A DNA stretch of 63,904 bases, the filler included, from Octopus bimaculoides (Eukaryota), in NCBI RefSeq assembly GCF_001194135.2. It is 5 parts of 5 records of this genome, joined end to end, with 100 filler letters (N's around TTAATTAATTAA, not from the genome) between each part and the next. Parts side by side here need not be neighbours in the genome. Positions count along the whole stretch, not along the records: positions 1 to 28,540 come from NC_068987.1; 4 more parts are not named here. One strand, written 5' to 3'. Shown here piece after piece: positions 10,790 to 23,719 of the stretch. Every line of letters begins with the position of its first letter. Within the stretch, counting starts at the first letter, position 1. Below the pieces are notes generated by a model. The model was given only the letters and a program-made list of their open reading frames with translations, was not told the DNA's origin and searched no databases. The position numbers and the translations under genes were made by a program.

Positions 10790-11661
10790 ACAACGGTTGT
10801 ATACTATAGAGCAGACAACAGACATGTCGTATTTGTTACTTTAGTAAATTCAAATCCCGTCCCGGTCAACTTACCTTTCCCTTTCTCGGAATCAATAAAA
10901 TATTGTGGTCAAGATAATCGACTGTTCTCTCACCAAATTTTTGGTCTGCACCTATGTAAGAAATCAATTCCATTTAATTTAGTTTTACATTTTTAATTAT
11001 ATGAATAGGCATAATTCTTTTTAGCAAATAACTCAATTCTAGGCAGTTTTGGAGAGGCAGACCTGCATCATTCTCAATGGAATCTTGCACAGAATATGTT
11101 TTGCTATTAGCATAGCCGAAAACCCTTGTTCACGACGATAAATGGATATGAACAGTAAAAGGTCTATCGGCACGTGTAATTCGTGGTGATTAGTTCAACA
11201 TTCCAGTTGTATCTTTACAATTTCTAAGAAATACTCTACGGGTACACGGAACCCCGGTTTCAGAAGCCTTATAGTTGATCGACACACACTTACCCAGGCA
11301 GTACAATCTTAGTTAACCTAAACGAGTTATTTAATCACTCAGCATACACAATATTTCAGATTGTAGTCGGGTATTATGACTTCATTGAGATAGTTATTTA
11401 TTTAGCTGCACGTATTTAAATGTTGTTGATATCAAGAGTGGGTGTTCTTCTGGGGGAGTATGTATATCATAAGTTAGAGTACTTAAATTACATACCAGGA
11501 GTTATAAATTGCACATGAACCTTAGCACTCTGAAAGTATTTTTCACTAGCTTTCTAAGACAGTTATTATTTCTTAATCATATATAAAATGATCAATTCGT
11601 TCCTTTGTTCGTTCCTGATCAATTCAAGTACCTTCCACTTATGATGCAAACATATATTATA

Positions 11662-12588
11662 CGAAGGTTGGCTAAAAGGTTCATTGGCTGACTATATGAA
11701 GGAGTGATGCTAGTACTGTGGAATCTTGCATGCATTAATTTTAACCCTTCTTATTAATAATTGCATTGTTTCTTTCCAGATAAACTGACATCTGACTGTT
11801 CAAAGAAGCTTTCAAAACTAACTAGTAGCGACTTCTCTTGAAAATCGACAAAATTTGACATCGCGGTGTTATCAAGTACCTGCAGAAAAGGGTTTAGCCT
11901 CAAACGACATCCATGCTAACATGGTTGCTATATTAGGGGATGACGCTCCAGCTGTATCAATAGGGCAAAAGTAGGGAAACTGAATTTAGAGTGGAGAGGG
12001 ATAGGCATGAACATAATCCAAATCTGGATGTCTTGCGACTGTCACCACCGAGGAAAACATTGATCGTGTTCAACACATGATGATGGATGACAGGCGATTG
12101 AATATAAAATACTAACCAATGCTATTGAGAATATTCTGCTCGGTGGGTGCCTCGTCTTCTGACAACTGATTAAAAGCGTACCAGATTGATGACATCACGG
12201 GAAATTTGATATTGTTTGAGGCAGATCCTATTTTCCTCGTACGTTTCCTAACCCAGGATGAATATTGGCTTCATCACGTTGAACCAGAGACAAAGAGACA
12301 ATCCACGGGGTGGAAAGACCCCTCCTCACCTGCTCCAAAGGCCAAGGTAGTTTCATCTGCTAGGAAGGGCATGCAAAAGGGCCACATCATCAACAGGAAG
12401 TACTATGAGAGTACTGATGACTTTTTTTGATCTACAGGAGGAAAGCTTCTTTACCATTTGAGTCCAAGCAGTGCAACACTGATAAAAGAAGTGTATGGAC
12501 CGCAAGGGGTACTAGGTTGGAAAATAAACCTCATTTGGTAACATTCTACGAGAGTATCTTCGCCAGCTGACTTTTCAGCCAACTCTCG
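11662..12588 (+). mobile_element. Internally deleted mariner element
   Basis: Imperfect TIRs (CGAAGGTTGGCTAAAAGG.. / ..CTTTTCAGCCAACTCTCG) with TA on both sides. Remnant motifs HRGVIKYLQK, SARWVPRLLT and RFLTQDEYWLHHVEPETKRQS. The later catalytic residues are deleted. Confidence 0.9.
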
Positions 12589-12691
12589 TAAGGGCAGTTT
12601 TCACTGCATTAATAGGTTAAACAGTATTACGAATACAATTCATTATTTTTGAGAACAATTTAAGTAGAAAGAAAGAGAACACCTTGTAGTA

Positions 12692-14372
12692 CGGATCCAT
12701 CAGCGACACACGTAAGACAGCAGGGATCAACAACGAACTGCTTCGATTCCGAGTGGACATTGCAGCACTCCAAGAAACGAGGCTTCCAGATTCGGAGACC
12801 CTTCGTGAAAGAGACTATACCTCTCTCTGGCAAGAGAAAGGCATAGATGATGTCAGAGAGTATGGTATCGGCTTTGCCGTGAAGAACTATCTGCTAAAGT
12901 TGGTAGAACTCAACAATGACAGTTCAGAGCGGATACTCTCACTTCGATTGCACACTTCGGTTGTCAACCTTATCAAGGATAAGTTCTACGATCAGCTCTC
13001 TAGGAAAATACAGACGATCCCAAACAGAGAATAGCTGATGCTACTTGGCGACTTCAATGCCAAAAGTGGGAGTTGGTCACGACTACTGGCCAAGGTTTTT
13101 GGGTCGGTACGGGGTTGGCAACATGAAAGAAAATGGGCAGCTTGAGTTCTGCATGCTCCATGGAGTATGTGTCACCAACACCTACTTCCGGGCCAAAACT
13201 CAACACAGGGTCACCTGGCGCCACCTTTCCCCAGGGCACTGGTACCAGCTAGATTTGATCATCACAGGACGCAACTACCTGAGGAATGTCCTCCTGACTC
13301 GATCTTTTCAGCGCGGTGACTGGGACACAGACCACTCCCTGGTTTGCTGTAATCTCAAACTCCAACCAAAAATAATTCACAGCGCCAAGCCCACAGACAA
13401 GCAGCATATCAATACTACCGCAACCCAACAACCAACTAAGACAGATGCATTCCTCAAGACACTGGAAGACGCCCTCCTTTCAGACCCACCAGAAGGCAAT
13501 GTTCAGTAGAGATGGGACTCTCTCAAGAAGATCATCCATAGCACTGCACTGAGGGCCTTTGGGAGGAGGAGGAGGATGAAAATGGCACATGACTGGTTTG
13601 AGGCGAATGTGAAAGAATTCAATACTCTCATGGAGGAGAAGCATGCTGCCCTGCTGAAGCACAAACACCAATCCACCAGAGCAGCGTTGCAAGCATTAAG
13701 ATCAGCAAGGAACAGCATGCAGAAGACAATGAAATGGTGTGCAAATGACTACTGGTTACGACTATCCAGCTGTCATTTGACACGGGCAACATTTGTGGTT
13801 TGTTTGAGGGTATCAAGAAAGCCATCGGCCCAACCCAGAGCAAGATAACTCCACTCAAATCCAGAACAGGAGAAGATGTTAAGTGCAAAAGAGAACAGCT
13901 GGAGAAATGTGTGGAACATAATTCCGAACTCTGCACCAAAGAAAACTACATCTCGGACAGTGTACTAGATACCCTAAAGCACCTACCGGTCATAGAGGAA
14001 CCGGACACACTGCCAACTGCTGAAGAATTGAGCAGCGCCATTGATGGATTGCCAACTGGAAAAGCACTGGGTTTGGATGTGCAAGGAGAGTTCTGGATGT
14101 GCAAGACATGAGAGACTGCAACATTGTCACCCTATATAAGAACAAAGGGGACAAAATCGACTACAATAACTACCGAGGCATCTCACTGTTAAGCATCGTT
14201 GGGAAGGTCTTTGCCTGTGTGGCCCTAAAAAGGTTACAAAAAAATCGCTGAGAGGTATACTCCAAAACGCTCCACCATCGACAAGGTCTCTCTCCAACAG
14301 CTACAGGAGAATTGTCGAGAGCAAAGGCAACCACTCTTTATCACCTTCATCGACCCCAGAAAGGCTTTTGAC
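12692..14372 (+). mobile_element. Degenerate RTE-clade LINE: AP endonuclease to start of RT
   Basis: DIAALQETRL, LLGDFNAK, HWYQLDLII and DTDHSLV endonuclease motifs, then LYKNKG..NNYRGISLLSIVGKVF and QPLFITFID..KAFD. Multiple frameshifts and stops, and the sequence ends within the RT domain. Confidence 0.9.
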
Positions 14373-15297
14373 CATAATCGTCCGAAAAGTACCGATCGAG
14401 AATTCTTAATACTGACGTCAGTTTCGGCAATTCATCCAAATAACAGAGGCCGAGTAAAATGTCCATAGCTTTGTCCTATTCGCTTGCCTAAGAGGAAAAA
14501 AAATGAAGTAGATACTTAAATTTATTGCACGAAAAATAAATAAAAGGGCAACGAACATTAGTTAAATAGGTATCAGCATCGGGCCAGTTGTTACAACAAA
14601 TTACATTACACCAAAATGGTCTAATTTGTATTATTGTAGAAGTTATTAGGTGTTGCCATGTATTGTTCTTAAAAATATAAACAATGCGTTTCATTTGCAT
14701 TTTCCCCTTATATCAGTTATAGAAAAATTAATAATGAAATATGAAAATTAGCATTTTTTTTTTCTTGTTGCCCTTATCCAAAGTAAATAATTTGTTGACA
14801 ATGTTTAGTAGTATTTAGTGTTGTGAGGTTTGTTCTAGAGAGTGACGTGGAAGAAAACTGATTATTTACTCAACTATTTCTCATGCATCACTTATGTCTT
14901 GTCAGACAATGGAAGGGCCGAGGGAGTTGTGTTAAGAACATCGGTTATCCTTAATCTAGCCTTGAAGAGATACGTATTGTTAGAAAACATTTACATATCA
15001 CAGTCTATTTACCACCGCCACCACCATATCATCATTATCATCATTAAAAATGTATATAAATTCGTGTCAGGTATAAAAATTATATGGAATATGTTGAGGG
15101 AAACTAAGGTTAATGATAAAACAAATACGGTGGAACTAACAAAGGTGAAATGGCTCAAAAACAAAACAAAGAAAAGAGCAGAGCTGGGGAGAAAAGGAGA
15201 GCAGACATTTAGCGTGAGAAAAAAAGTCAGGCGGGTAGAGAGAGAGTAACGGGCAGCAATTAACGTCATCATTGAGATGAAAGGTGGTTAAAGCGGA

Positions 15298-15304
<7 letters not shown>

Positions 15305-15362
<58 letters not shown>
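15305..15362. repeat. (GA)n microsatellite upstream of ADH3 exon 1
   Basis: Direct reading. Confidence 0.95.
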
Positions 15363-15366
<4 letters not shown>

Positions 15367-15701
15367 AGGTTATAAAAGAAGATAAAGGAGGAGGAAAGCA
15401 AAAACTGTACTAATCAGTAATATAAGTGATAGTAGGAGGGTGAGTGAAAAGCGATAAACAGAAAAAGAGAGGAAAAAAAGATGGGGAGTAACAAGACTGT
15501 AACCGTTGAAATCAATGGTAGAAGGCTGAGAGAAGCATGCTAGATAGAGTAAGAGAAGAGAGAAAGTATGTGTGAGAGAGAAAGGGAGATAAAGCAAAGA
15601 GGGAAGAAAGCGATAAAACAGAAAGACACGCGTCGGGTACCGACTATCATCCACTAACTGTTACAGAAGACAACTGCAGTTTGACGTTCGTTTCTTATAA
15701 A

Positions 15702-15722
15702 ATGGCAGACACAGCTGGTAAA
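15702..15722 (+). CDS. ADH5: Alcohol dehydrogenase class III (S-hydroxymethylglutathione dehydrogenase), coding exon 1: MADTAGK
   Basis: AAAATGG start context, 7 codons, then a GTAAGT donor at 15723. Splices in phase 0 to exon 2, giving [17 protein letters not shown], which matches the ADH3 N-terminal pattern and the short first exon typical of ADH genes. Confidence 0.8.
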
Positions 15723-16511
15723 GTAAGTTTTCAACAACCGTTTTACAACTTTTAATAGTTTGTTCAACGATTTAATTCCTACCTATCACGAACGACCTAT
15801 GTATTTATACCGCCTACAACTTTTACAGACAGTTTAACTGTTAAAGCAAACTCTGTCCCTTTGTTAAAACTATAATTTGTTGTAAGTTTCAGACTTTGCA
15901 TTTATAATAACGGTTTTAACAGTGTCAACTTTAAAAACATACAAACCAAAGTGGTTGCACGGCTTGCTAGAAATAACTCACAACTCCTCTTCTGTCACAC
16001 ACTACTATCTTGAAATAAATTTTTAAAAAAAAGGAAAATAGAAAAAAGACGGTTGAGTTTCATGATGGTGTACGAGTAGGGCTCACTTGACTAAACAACA
16101 ATCTTGATAATCGATTTGCAATGTCCAATAAGCCTTTATTTTATGAACCCGCCCCTCCTAAAAGTTCAAATCTGTGATTTCGTCCCTTTCATAGTTATTC
16201 CCGACAGTTTGGTATTTTGGAGCATGTAGAATAAAGTTCCCTTTTCGAAAGACAAATTGCCTGAAGTAACTATTTAGAGTCAATGAACAACAAACCAAAA
16301 TTTGTAGCTTTCTTTTTGCCAACATTAACCCTTTTTTGCTTTGCTTTCTTTTTAAGGAACAATGCTTTGTAATAATTATGCTTGTATTTAGTGTGCTCTT
16401 ACCAGTTGCCTATTTGCGTGTGTACGTGTGAGAGAAAAAGTGTTATGGTTATGTGATGCTTTGCTCGGTTTGGAATATTGTGCATTGGTGCAAGTATGTG
16501 AATGATTAAAG

Positions 16512-16660
16512 CAGTTATGGGAAAACTGCGGTCCGCAGGACTTTTAGTATGGCATGCCTAACGAAAAATTAACCTTGAATATTTTTTTAGTAATGTGGCC
16601 TGCTTGATGATGAACCATGTCTCATGCGGCCCACTTCCCCCAAAAGGCTGCTCATGCCTG
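16512..16660 (+). mobile_element. hAT (Charlie-like) MITE, 149 bp
   Basis: CAG...CTG termini with imperfect TIRs and a perfect 8-bp TSD GATTAAAG (16504-16511, 16661-16668). Confidence 0.85.
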
Positions 16661-17002
16661 GATTAAAGTGCTTTTTTTGTTTTTTTTCGCATGTGTTTCT
16701 ATTCCCTTAAGAAGCTAGTTTTGACGTTATACGCTGAATTATGTATGATTTTTTGTTTCATGGGCGGACACACTCACACACACATAAACCGGAATTTAAC
16801 CTTTTTATTTCTACGGAATTTTTTCACATTTTGTAGTATCTTTCAAAATACCGGCTGCGTGGATTTTTTTTTTATCTCCTTTAATCCATGTTTTGTCGGT
16901 TTTGTCTATGTGGGATACGTGCCATAAAAAGTACCTTCCCCATCACTGACAAATCCGATTTACGTGCGACAACTATTTAGTAAGTCGACCCTTTGGTGTT
17001 CG

Positions 17003-17048
<46 letters not shown>

Positions 17049-17049
<1 letters not shown>

Positions 17050-17194
17050 AGATATGGGCAACTCTTTTCGAGAAGTGGGCCGCATGAGACCTGGTTTATC
17101 ATCAGGCGAGCTGCACTACTAGAAAAATTTCAAGGTAATATTTCGCTGTTGTACCAGTCAGAATGTCCTGTAGGTCGCACTTTGCCCATGACTG
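17049..17194 (-). mobile_element. Second copy of the same hAT MITE, inverted
   Basis: Aligns end to end with the reverse complement of 16512-16660 (shared GAAGTGGGCCGCATGAGAC.TGGTT.ATCATCA). Confidence 0.8.
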
Positions 17195-18149
17195 ATATAT
17201 ACTATGCATGGTAGGCGCAATTTTGCAACCACGAAGTCCTGGGTTCGATCTCATGGTCAATATAAAGATCTTCACCCGTGAACAAAANNNNNNNNNNNNN
17301 NNNNNNNNNNNNNNNNNNNNNNNNNNNNNNNNNNNNNNNNNNNNNNNNNNNNNNNNNNNNNNNNNNNNNNNNNNNNNNNNNNNNNNNNNNNNNNNNNNNN
17401 NNNNNNNNNNNNNNNNNNNNNNNNNNNNNNNNNNNNNNNNNNNNNNNNNNNNNNNNNNNNNNNNNNNNNNNNNNNNNNNNNNNNNNNNNNNNNNNNNNNN
17501 NNNNNNNNNNNNNNNNNNNNNNNNNNNNNNNNNNNNNNNNNNNNNNNNNNNNNNNNNNNNNNNNNNNNNNNNNNNNNNNNNNNNNNNNNNNNNNNNNNNN
17601 NNNNNNNNNNNNNNNNNNNNNNNNNNNNNNNNNNNNNNNNNNNNNNNNNNNNNNNNNNNNNNNNNNNNNNNNNNNNNNNNNNNNNNNNNNNNNNNNNNNN
17701 NNNNNNNNNNNNNNNNNNNNNNNNNNNNNNNNNNNNNNNNNNNNNNNNCCCAGGCCTTCAAGCAGGCTGGCCACATGCTAGAAATAACAGCCAAATTTCA
17801 CAAAACTGCAATAACATAATGTAATCAATCTACTCACCCTTCTTCAAAGATTTCTTTCAAAGTAATTTCCCACATTAATATGACAGTAATTCATGTAGCA
17901 CACTAACAGATGGCACATGGTTGCACACACAGTATGCTGAGTGACAACAGTTTACTTCACAAGTTGTGAAATTTGTGTTTTTGTGTTCATGAGTATGCCA
18001 TAGTCTGCAGTTTTTGTCATGGACACATTTTTGTCATGGCGGAGCTGCATCTCAATCAAGGTCATACTCATCGTGTTTTTTCAACATCCACAGTTTTATG
18101 CATTGAGAATTTATCCTCCAAGGCCAGACTATTGAGTTCTACTGCAACG

Positions 18150-18586
18150 TTTTGAAGCATTTGAGAGAGGACGTTCAGTGAAACTGGCCAGATCTGTGGA
18201 GTGTGAAGAATTGCATTCTTCACGATGACAATGTACCATCACTGAGCTTTCTGCACGAATTTCTTGCCAAAAACAACACAGTATCACTTTTGCATCCACC
18301 CTATTAACTAGATTTAACACCTGCAGACTTCATCTCTTCCCCAAGATGAAAATGCAGCTCAAAGGTCATTGTTTTAACACTGTTGTTGAGATCCAGAGCG
18401 AATTGCAGAAGGTCCTCAACTCACTTGTGGAAAATGACTTCCAGGCCAGACTCCAAAAGTTGCAGGAACACTGGGACTAGTGTATTGCTGTGCAAGGTGG
18501 CTATTTCAAGAGATCCTGTTCAAACTTAGGTAAATAAGTTACTTTTCATAAAACCTAACTAGTCCAGGAAACTTTCGACATCACCT

Positions 18587-18590
<4 letters not shown>
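18150..18590 (+). mobile_element. Mariner transposase C-terminal remnant and right end
   Basis: ILHDDNVP, LLHPPY*LDLTPADF.LFPKMKMQLKGHCF and HWD*CIAVQGGYF, followed by a TIR-like end at about 18560-18590. Confidence 0.8.
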
Positions 18591-18623
<33 letters not shown>

Positions 18624-19017
18624 TTATAAAATATATAAAGTATATATTGCTCTTGCATGAAAAAATGAATAATTTTTATTTTACTCTTTTAAAAAATTAA
18701 AACTACTGGAAAAAAAAAAAGGTTCACTGATACACACACCATTATTTCTAACAGTATGTTTAAGAAGTTCGATTCTCGTGCAGGACATCTTGTGCCAGTG
18801 GTTTTCTTGAATTGAATGATAACTTTATTAGTGGGATTTGGTAGATAGAAACTTTCCAGGAGTTTGTGTGCATGTGTTTGTTTACATTGGTCTAAAAACC
18901 AATGTTTCTCGTGTCCTCCAGGAAGTTTGGCAAATAGAGTAATAAAATAAGTATTGGGGTAGCTATGATCAACTGTAACCATTGAAGTCAATGCCCCAGT
19001 ATGGCTACAGCCTAATG

Positions 19018-19347
19018 CAGTGTTTCTCAACCTTTTTACCCTTGTGTAACCCTACCCTTAAAACAAATTACATGTCTCAAGGAACCCTTGCACAAAAAAA
19101 AATATATGTATACCATATCTTATATTTTTTTTCATTGTAGTTCATGTGGTAAATATATATATATATATATGGTTGTTATATTTTTTTTATAACATAATAG
19201 GTTAGCTAGGATGATGTCTTTATTACAATAACTAGTAATATGTTGTGCATGTATGGTAATATTAAAATCCTGAAATTAGCATTAGCTTATCTCACTCTTT
19301 CTTGTGGGACCCTAGGATTCTGAGGGAACCCCGGTTGAGAAACTCTG
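19018..19347. mobile_element. hAT MITE nested in a SINE tail
   Basis: TIRs CAGTGTTTCTCAACC / GGTTGAGAAACTCTG. TSD GCCTAATG / ACCTAATG (7/8). The flanks rejoin into the family-A SINE tail. Confidence 0.85.
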
Positions 19348-22300
19348 ACCTAATGACTAAAACCAGTGAAAGAAAGAAAAAAGATTAAATTATTTATAGA
19401 CAGGTGGTGATGAAATCCTTATAGGCTGATTCACCCCTTATTCACTCATTTGGAAAGGTTAACTGTATACTCTCACTGATCCTTCATGGTACCCATTAGT
19501 TCCTTTCTAGATTAGACAATGGGCCGCTACAGAAACTAAGCATTCATGGCAGAGATGCATCTCATTGCTAAAAGAGGGGAAGATGCTGTCATTTAGCCTG
19601 AGATAGTAGAGTATGATTTGTGAGATATTTGGCTTCTATTTCTACCATGTTGAACAATCACGTAACTCCCTCTTTGGCTTTATCAGTTGCTTTAATGAAT
19701 TGATGTGTTCTCAATTTGAACATGAATAACCCAGTAGTACTGCATTCACATGAAAAGTTATGAAATTAGGTGCACAGGAATTGTAGGATTAATATTGTGT
19801 GTATACGTTTTTTTTAAAACAAAAAAAGGTTTAAAGTGTATCATATGGGAGGTGGTGTAATGTTTTGTCTACTTGGACTTTGAGCCTTTTTTTTCTTGAA
19901 AGGCACTTTTAAGTTTCAAGATAAAAATTGGTGCTACCACAAAACGTGACTGGCCATATGTGTGTAATGTGTGACTATCACTTAACACATGTACAGAATG
20001 TGTGATATTGTTTAACTTGTATATAACAAATAATTAACATTGCAGCTAAGTAAGATCCTCAGTGTGGTTGCTTGACCTGTTAGGAAAAAGCAAAATCAAA
20101 TAAACAATTAAATCTTCATCAAATCAAACCCCTCTATTTTAAGGAAGGTCATGGTGGATCATCATCATAGCATCTACTTTTCCATGGGTCAGATAGAATT
20201 TGAGGCAGATTTTTCATTAGACATTCTAAAATACTATTAAATTTCATTCAATTTTAAAAAAGGTAAAATTGGACAGAACTTATGGGATGACCTGATATAT
20301 AACACCCTTTTTGATGCTAGCACAGAGAAAAAAAAGCACCCAGTGCTCCCTGTAAACTGGTTGGTGTTACGAAGGTCATTGAGCCATAAAAATCATACCA
20401 AATCAGACGTTGGGATGCAAAGCAATCCTTGGTCCCATAGCATCCTGTCAAGCAATCCATCCCAAGCCAGCATGGATGATAGATGTTAAAAGATGATCAC
20501 ACACACGAGGCTTCTATACAATTTTTTCTATCAAATTTCATGTATAAGGCATTGGTCCATCTGAGGTTATAACAGACACTTGTCCAAGATCAAAGCCATT
20601 GTGGACTTGATCCTGAATCCACATGATTACAAAACAAACTTCTTCACAACAGAGCCACACAGCCTTTGCCTCAACATCTATGAAAACGTGTCTATGCCAG
20701 ACAAATACTTAGGAATATGCTAGACCTGATGGTGTCTCACGTGTAGGTCATTACTGATAACCTAATTTAAGATCTAAAAAAGACAAAATCTAATAGTATT
20801 TAAAAGAGGTTACTTTACTAAGTTATGGACGAATTGTTTGAAATCATTTAGACATAGTTAAGCAAGCACATTAGACTGAATACATTTCAGTATTTGATAG
20901 GTGTAGACATGACAGTGTGGTTAACCCTTTCAGGCCTGGGCCCTGTGTCTAACTTTACTCTCCATCTGGGCTCCTGAGCAAAAATTAAATAGTTGTGTAT
21001 ACAACTCAAGAGTAACAATTTCAGGCAAACTAATGGACAGAATTGGCTGCATCTTCTTTTGCTACATGTGTTGTTCATTGCTGCTTTACCGGGAATCTGA
21101 CAGAGAAAACATTTAACCTATTCCTGTTAAAGTGGTAACATAGCATGACAGAGTTAAATTGTATGTTTTGCAACCACACAGTTTCAGGTTTGATCCCATT
21201 GTTTGGCATCGTGGGCATCTTGTTTTACAGCCTCAGACTGTGACCAATTCCTTATGAGTGAAATCTGATAGATGGAAACTGTACAGAAGCCTGTCATAGG
21301 TATGTTATATCTATGCATCTTTGTCTCCATATGAAGGTACATGGAGATTTAAGCAGCAGTGACATTTATTTATGCTATCCCCACAGTGATTCAATGTGCA
21401 AAGACTAGTGGGATTGCAGTATTCTAAGATTGGTATCAGGAAAGGGCACCTGGCTAATGAATGCTACCTGAAGATGTTTTGTTATATATGGAAAAAAGTA
21501 AACATAAAAATAATGACTATGATATGCAGGAAAATATTGATTACTGGGAAACAAATTGCAGCTAGCCCTCTATAACATCATCCATAGCAATTCCTTGAGA
21601 ATATGTTCTTCCTCACCATTAGTCATTTGTAGAATGTAGACATAACAGATGTACTGGCTGCATTGTTTGACTGGTAGGACTGATGTTCACTGTTTGTAGG
21701 TTAATGCGTGTAAAAAGAAAACAACAACAAAAACCTCCTCCTCAAGGGATGCAGTTGTGGGAGGGGGGGGAGTTATGTGTTGATGATGACTGGATCTGGG
21801 CTGAGGAGGCATGCAGCAGGCTAGTTTCAATAATTATGGCAGTAATAGTATATGACAGACAGGAAACATTTGCAGTTCTGAGTGACCGTTGCTAGTTAGT
21901 CAAAACAACATTCTTGTGGATGTGGTCTATGATGTCTGTGCATGTGGCAGTACTGTTCCAGATGTGGGAGCAGAAGTTGTTAGACTTCATTTGACAGCAA
22001 TAACATATAGTAGTACACATTCAATACAATAAACCATTTCTTAGTCAGTCATTGATTTTAGTGGGAAAAAAAGTGGAAATTATATCGATCCAAGTAGTTG
22101 ACGAATTATTTGTTTTGAAAACTCTGGAACATTGGAAGATAAAATTCCCTGTCTGCCTTCCAAGACAGGATTTGAACTTTGGATTCTATACAATAATGGG
22201 TGTTTATTTTAGTAACAAGATCATAGATTCATGGAAAATTGAATGAGATTAATATTCATGGCCACCTTAAGGGTATTAGCTTTAATAATTATTAACTGAA

Positions 22301-23249
22301 ATATTCTCTTGCAACTCTGCCCATTTTCACATTAGATATATGATCAAAATTAATGTAATATATAGTAGAAAAAAAGAAATTAACTACACATAGTGTTCCC
22401 AGCTTTGCTTGTAGGCTATTTTTCTTGTATGCTTCATCATCAAGATCTTATGTCTGCTTTGCATGTTGGCATAGGCTGGATGGATTGTCAGAATTTTTGC
22501 AAGTTCTTGTTCAGAGTTACTGCTCCTTTAGATAGGTTGGGAACCACTCATCCTATTCCTAATCCATTTAGGAGAGTAACTCTGTTTATACATTCCACTT
22601 TTGACATGGTTTCTACAGCTGGAGGTACTTCCTAACGCCAATGACTTTACAAAGTGTACTGGGTGTATTTTATTGTGGCACCAGCATTTGAGAAGGGTCC
22701 TGACCTCAGCAACACTAAAATGTCCTTGTCTATATTTTCTCTACTTGTTTGCCAAATCCACATCACCAGAATAAATATTTTGGATAGTGATTGATATATA
22801 AACAGACCTATAGGCACCAGGTATGCTTTTGTGGTTAAGAAGTTTGTTTCCCAATGACATGGTTTCAGGTTCAGTCCCACTGAGTGGTATGTTAGGGGCC
22901 AACCAAAGTCTAATTAGTGGATTTGGTAGATGGAAACTGAAAGCAGATCATCATATATGTATGTGCATGGATGTGTATATATTGTGTTTCCTTGACTTGG
23001 CATAATTATTATACAAGCAGTAGCATCTGTTTCCAACTTTCATGAAAACATGTCCAGCCATAAAGAAATATATTATCTTGCTTGGAGTTTGTGGCAAGAC
23101 CGTCATCTGACTAGAAAGTTCGCCTCAGCAAATTCTGTCTGACCCATGGAAAACGAGACATTGAGTGATGATGACTGATTGACTGTGATTGTTGTGGTTC
23201 TAAGTGCACCAAAGTAATGGAACACAGCTTTGAGATTTGTACCCTTCAA

Positions 23250-23580
23250 TTTTTAGACCCACAGGTTTCCTCTTGTGGATTATGGCGGTACAGTCTCATG
23301 TCATCTGTGTATTTTAACACAGGAATATGCTTCAAGTTGGCATGTGTTTCATTAATGTATGTAATAAATAAGGGACCAAGAATAGATCCTTGTGGGACAC
23401 AAGATGTCCCCACACAAGGTACAGGATATTGTCCTAGTACTGTGACTGCTTTTCAACTTAGAATGAAAGTAAGGGTTATTGAGACCCTGGTCACCTCTGA
23501 CTGAGAAGAGCCACTAGCAAAGGTATTCCAATGGTAACCTTCTTGCTTTCAAGAGTTTGTAGGGCTACATTATCTAATGT
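23250..23580 (-). mobile_element. CR1/L2-type RT fragment, degenerate
   Basis: Minus strand reads VPQGSILGPLFITYINE...KYTDDMRLY. Confidence 0.65.
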
Positions 23581-23643
23581 GTTCTGACTATAAGATAACT
23601 GTGAGTTAAAAAAAACATTTGACTGCTATTTCTAGCAGGTTGA

Positions 23644-23719
23644 GTGATCATGTAGATTCCTTCGTTGACTTGTACTTTTCTGTGATCATGTAGATTCCTT
23701 CGTTGACTTGTACTTTTCT
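23644..23719. repeat. Perfect 38-bp tandem duplication
   Basis: GTGATCATGTAGATTCCTTCGTTGACTTGTACTTTTCT at 23644 and 23682. Confidence 0.95.

Noticed and set aside
14405-14460. Hammerhead ribozyme on the minus strand (GAAAC-TGAC-GTC)
   Set aside because: No CTGANGA box and no helix II upstream.
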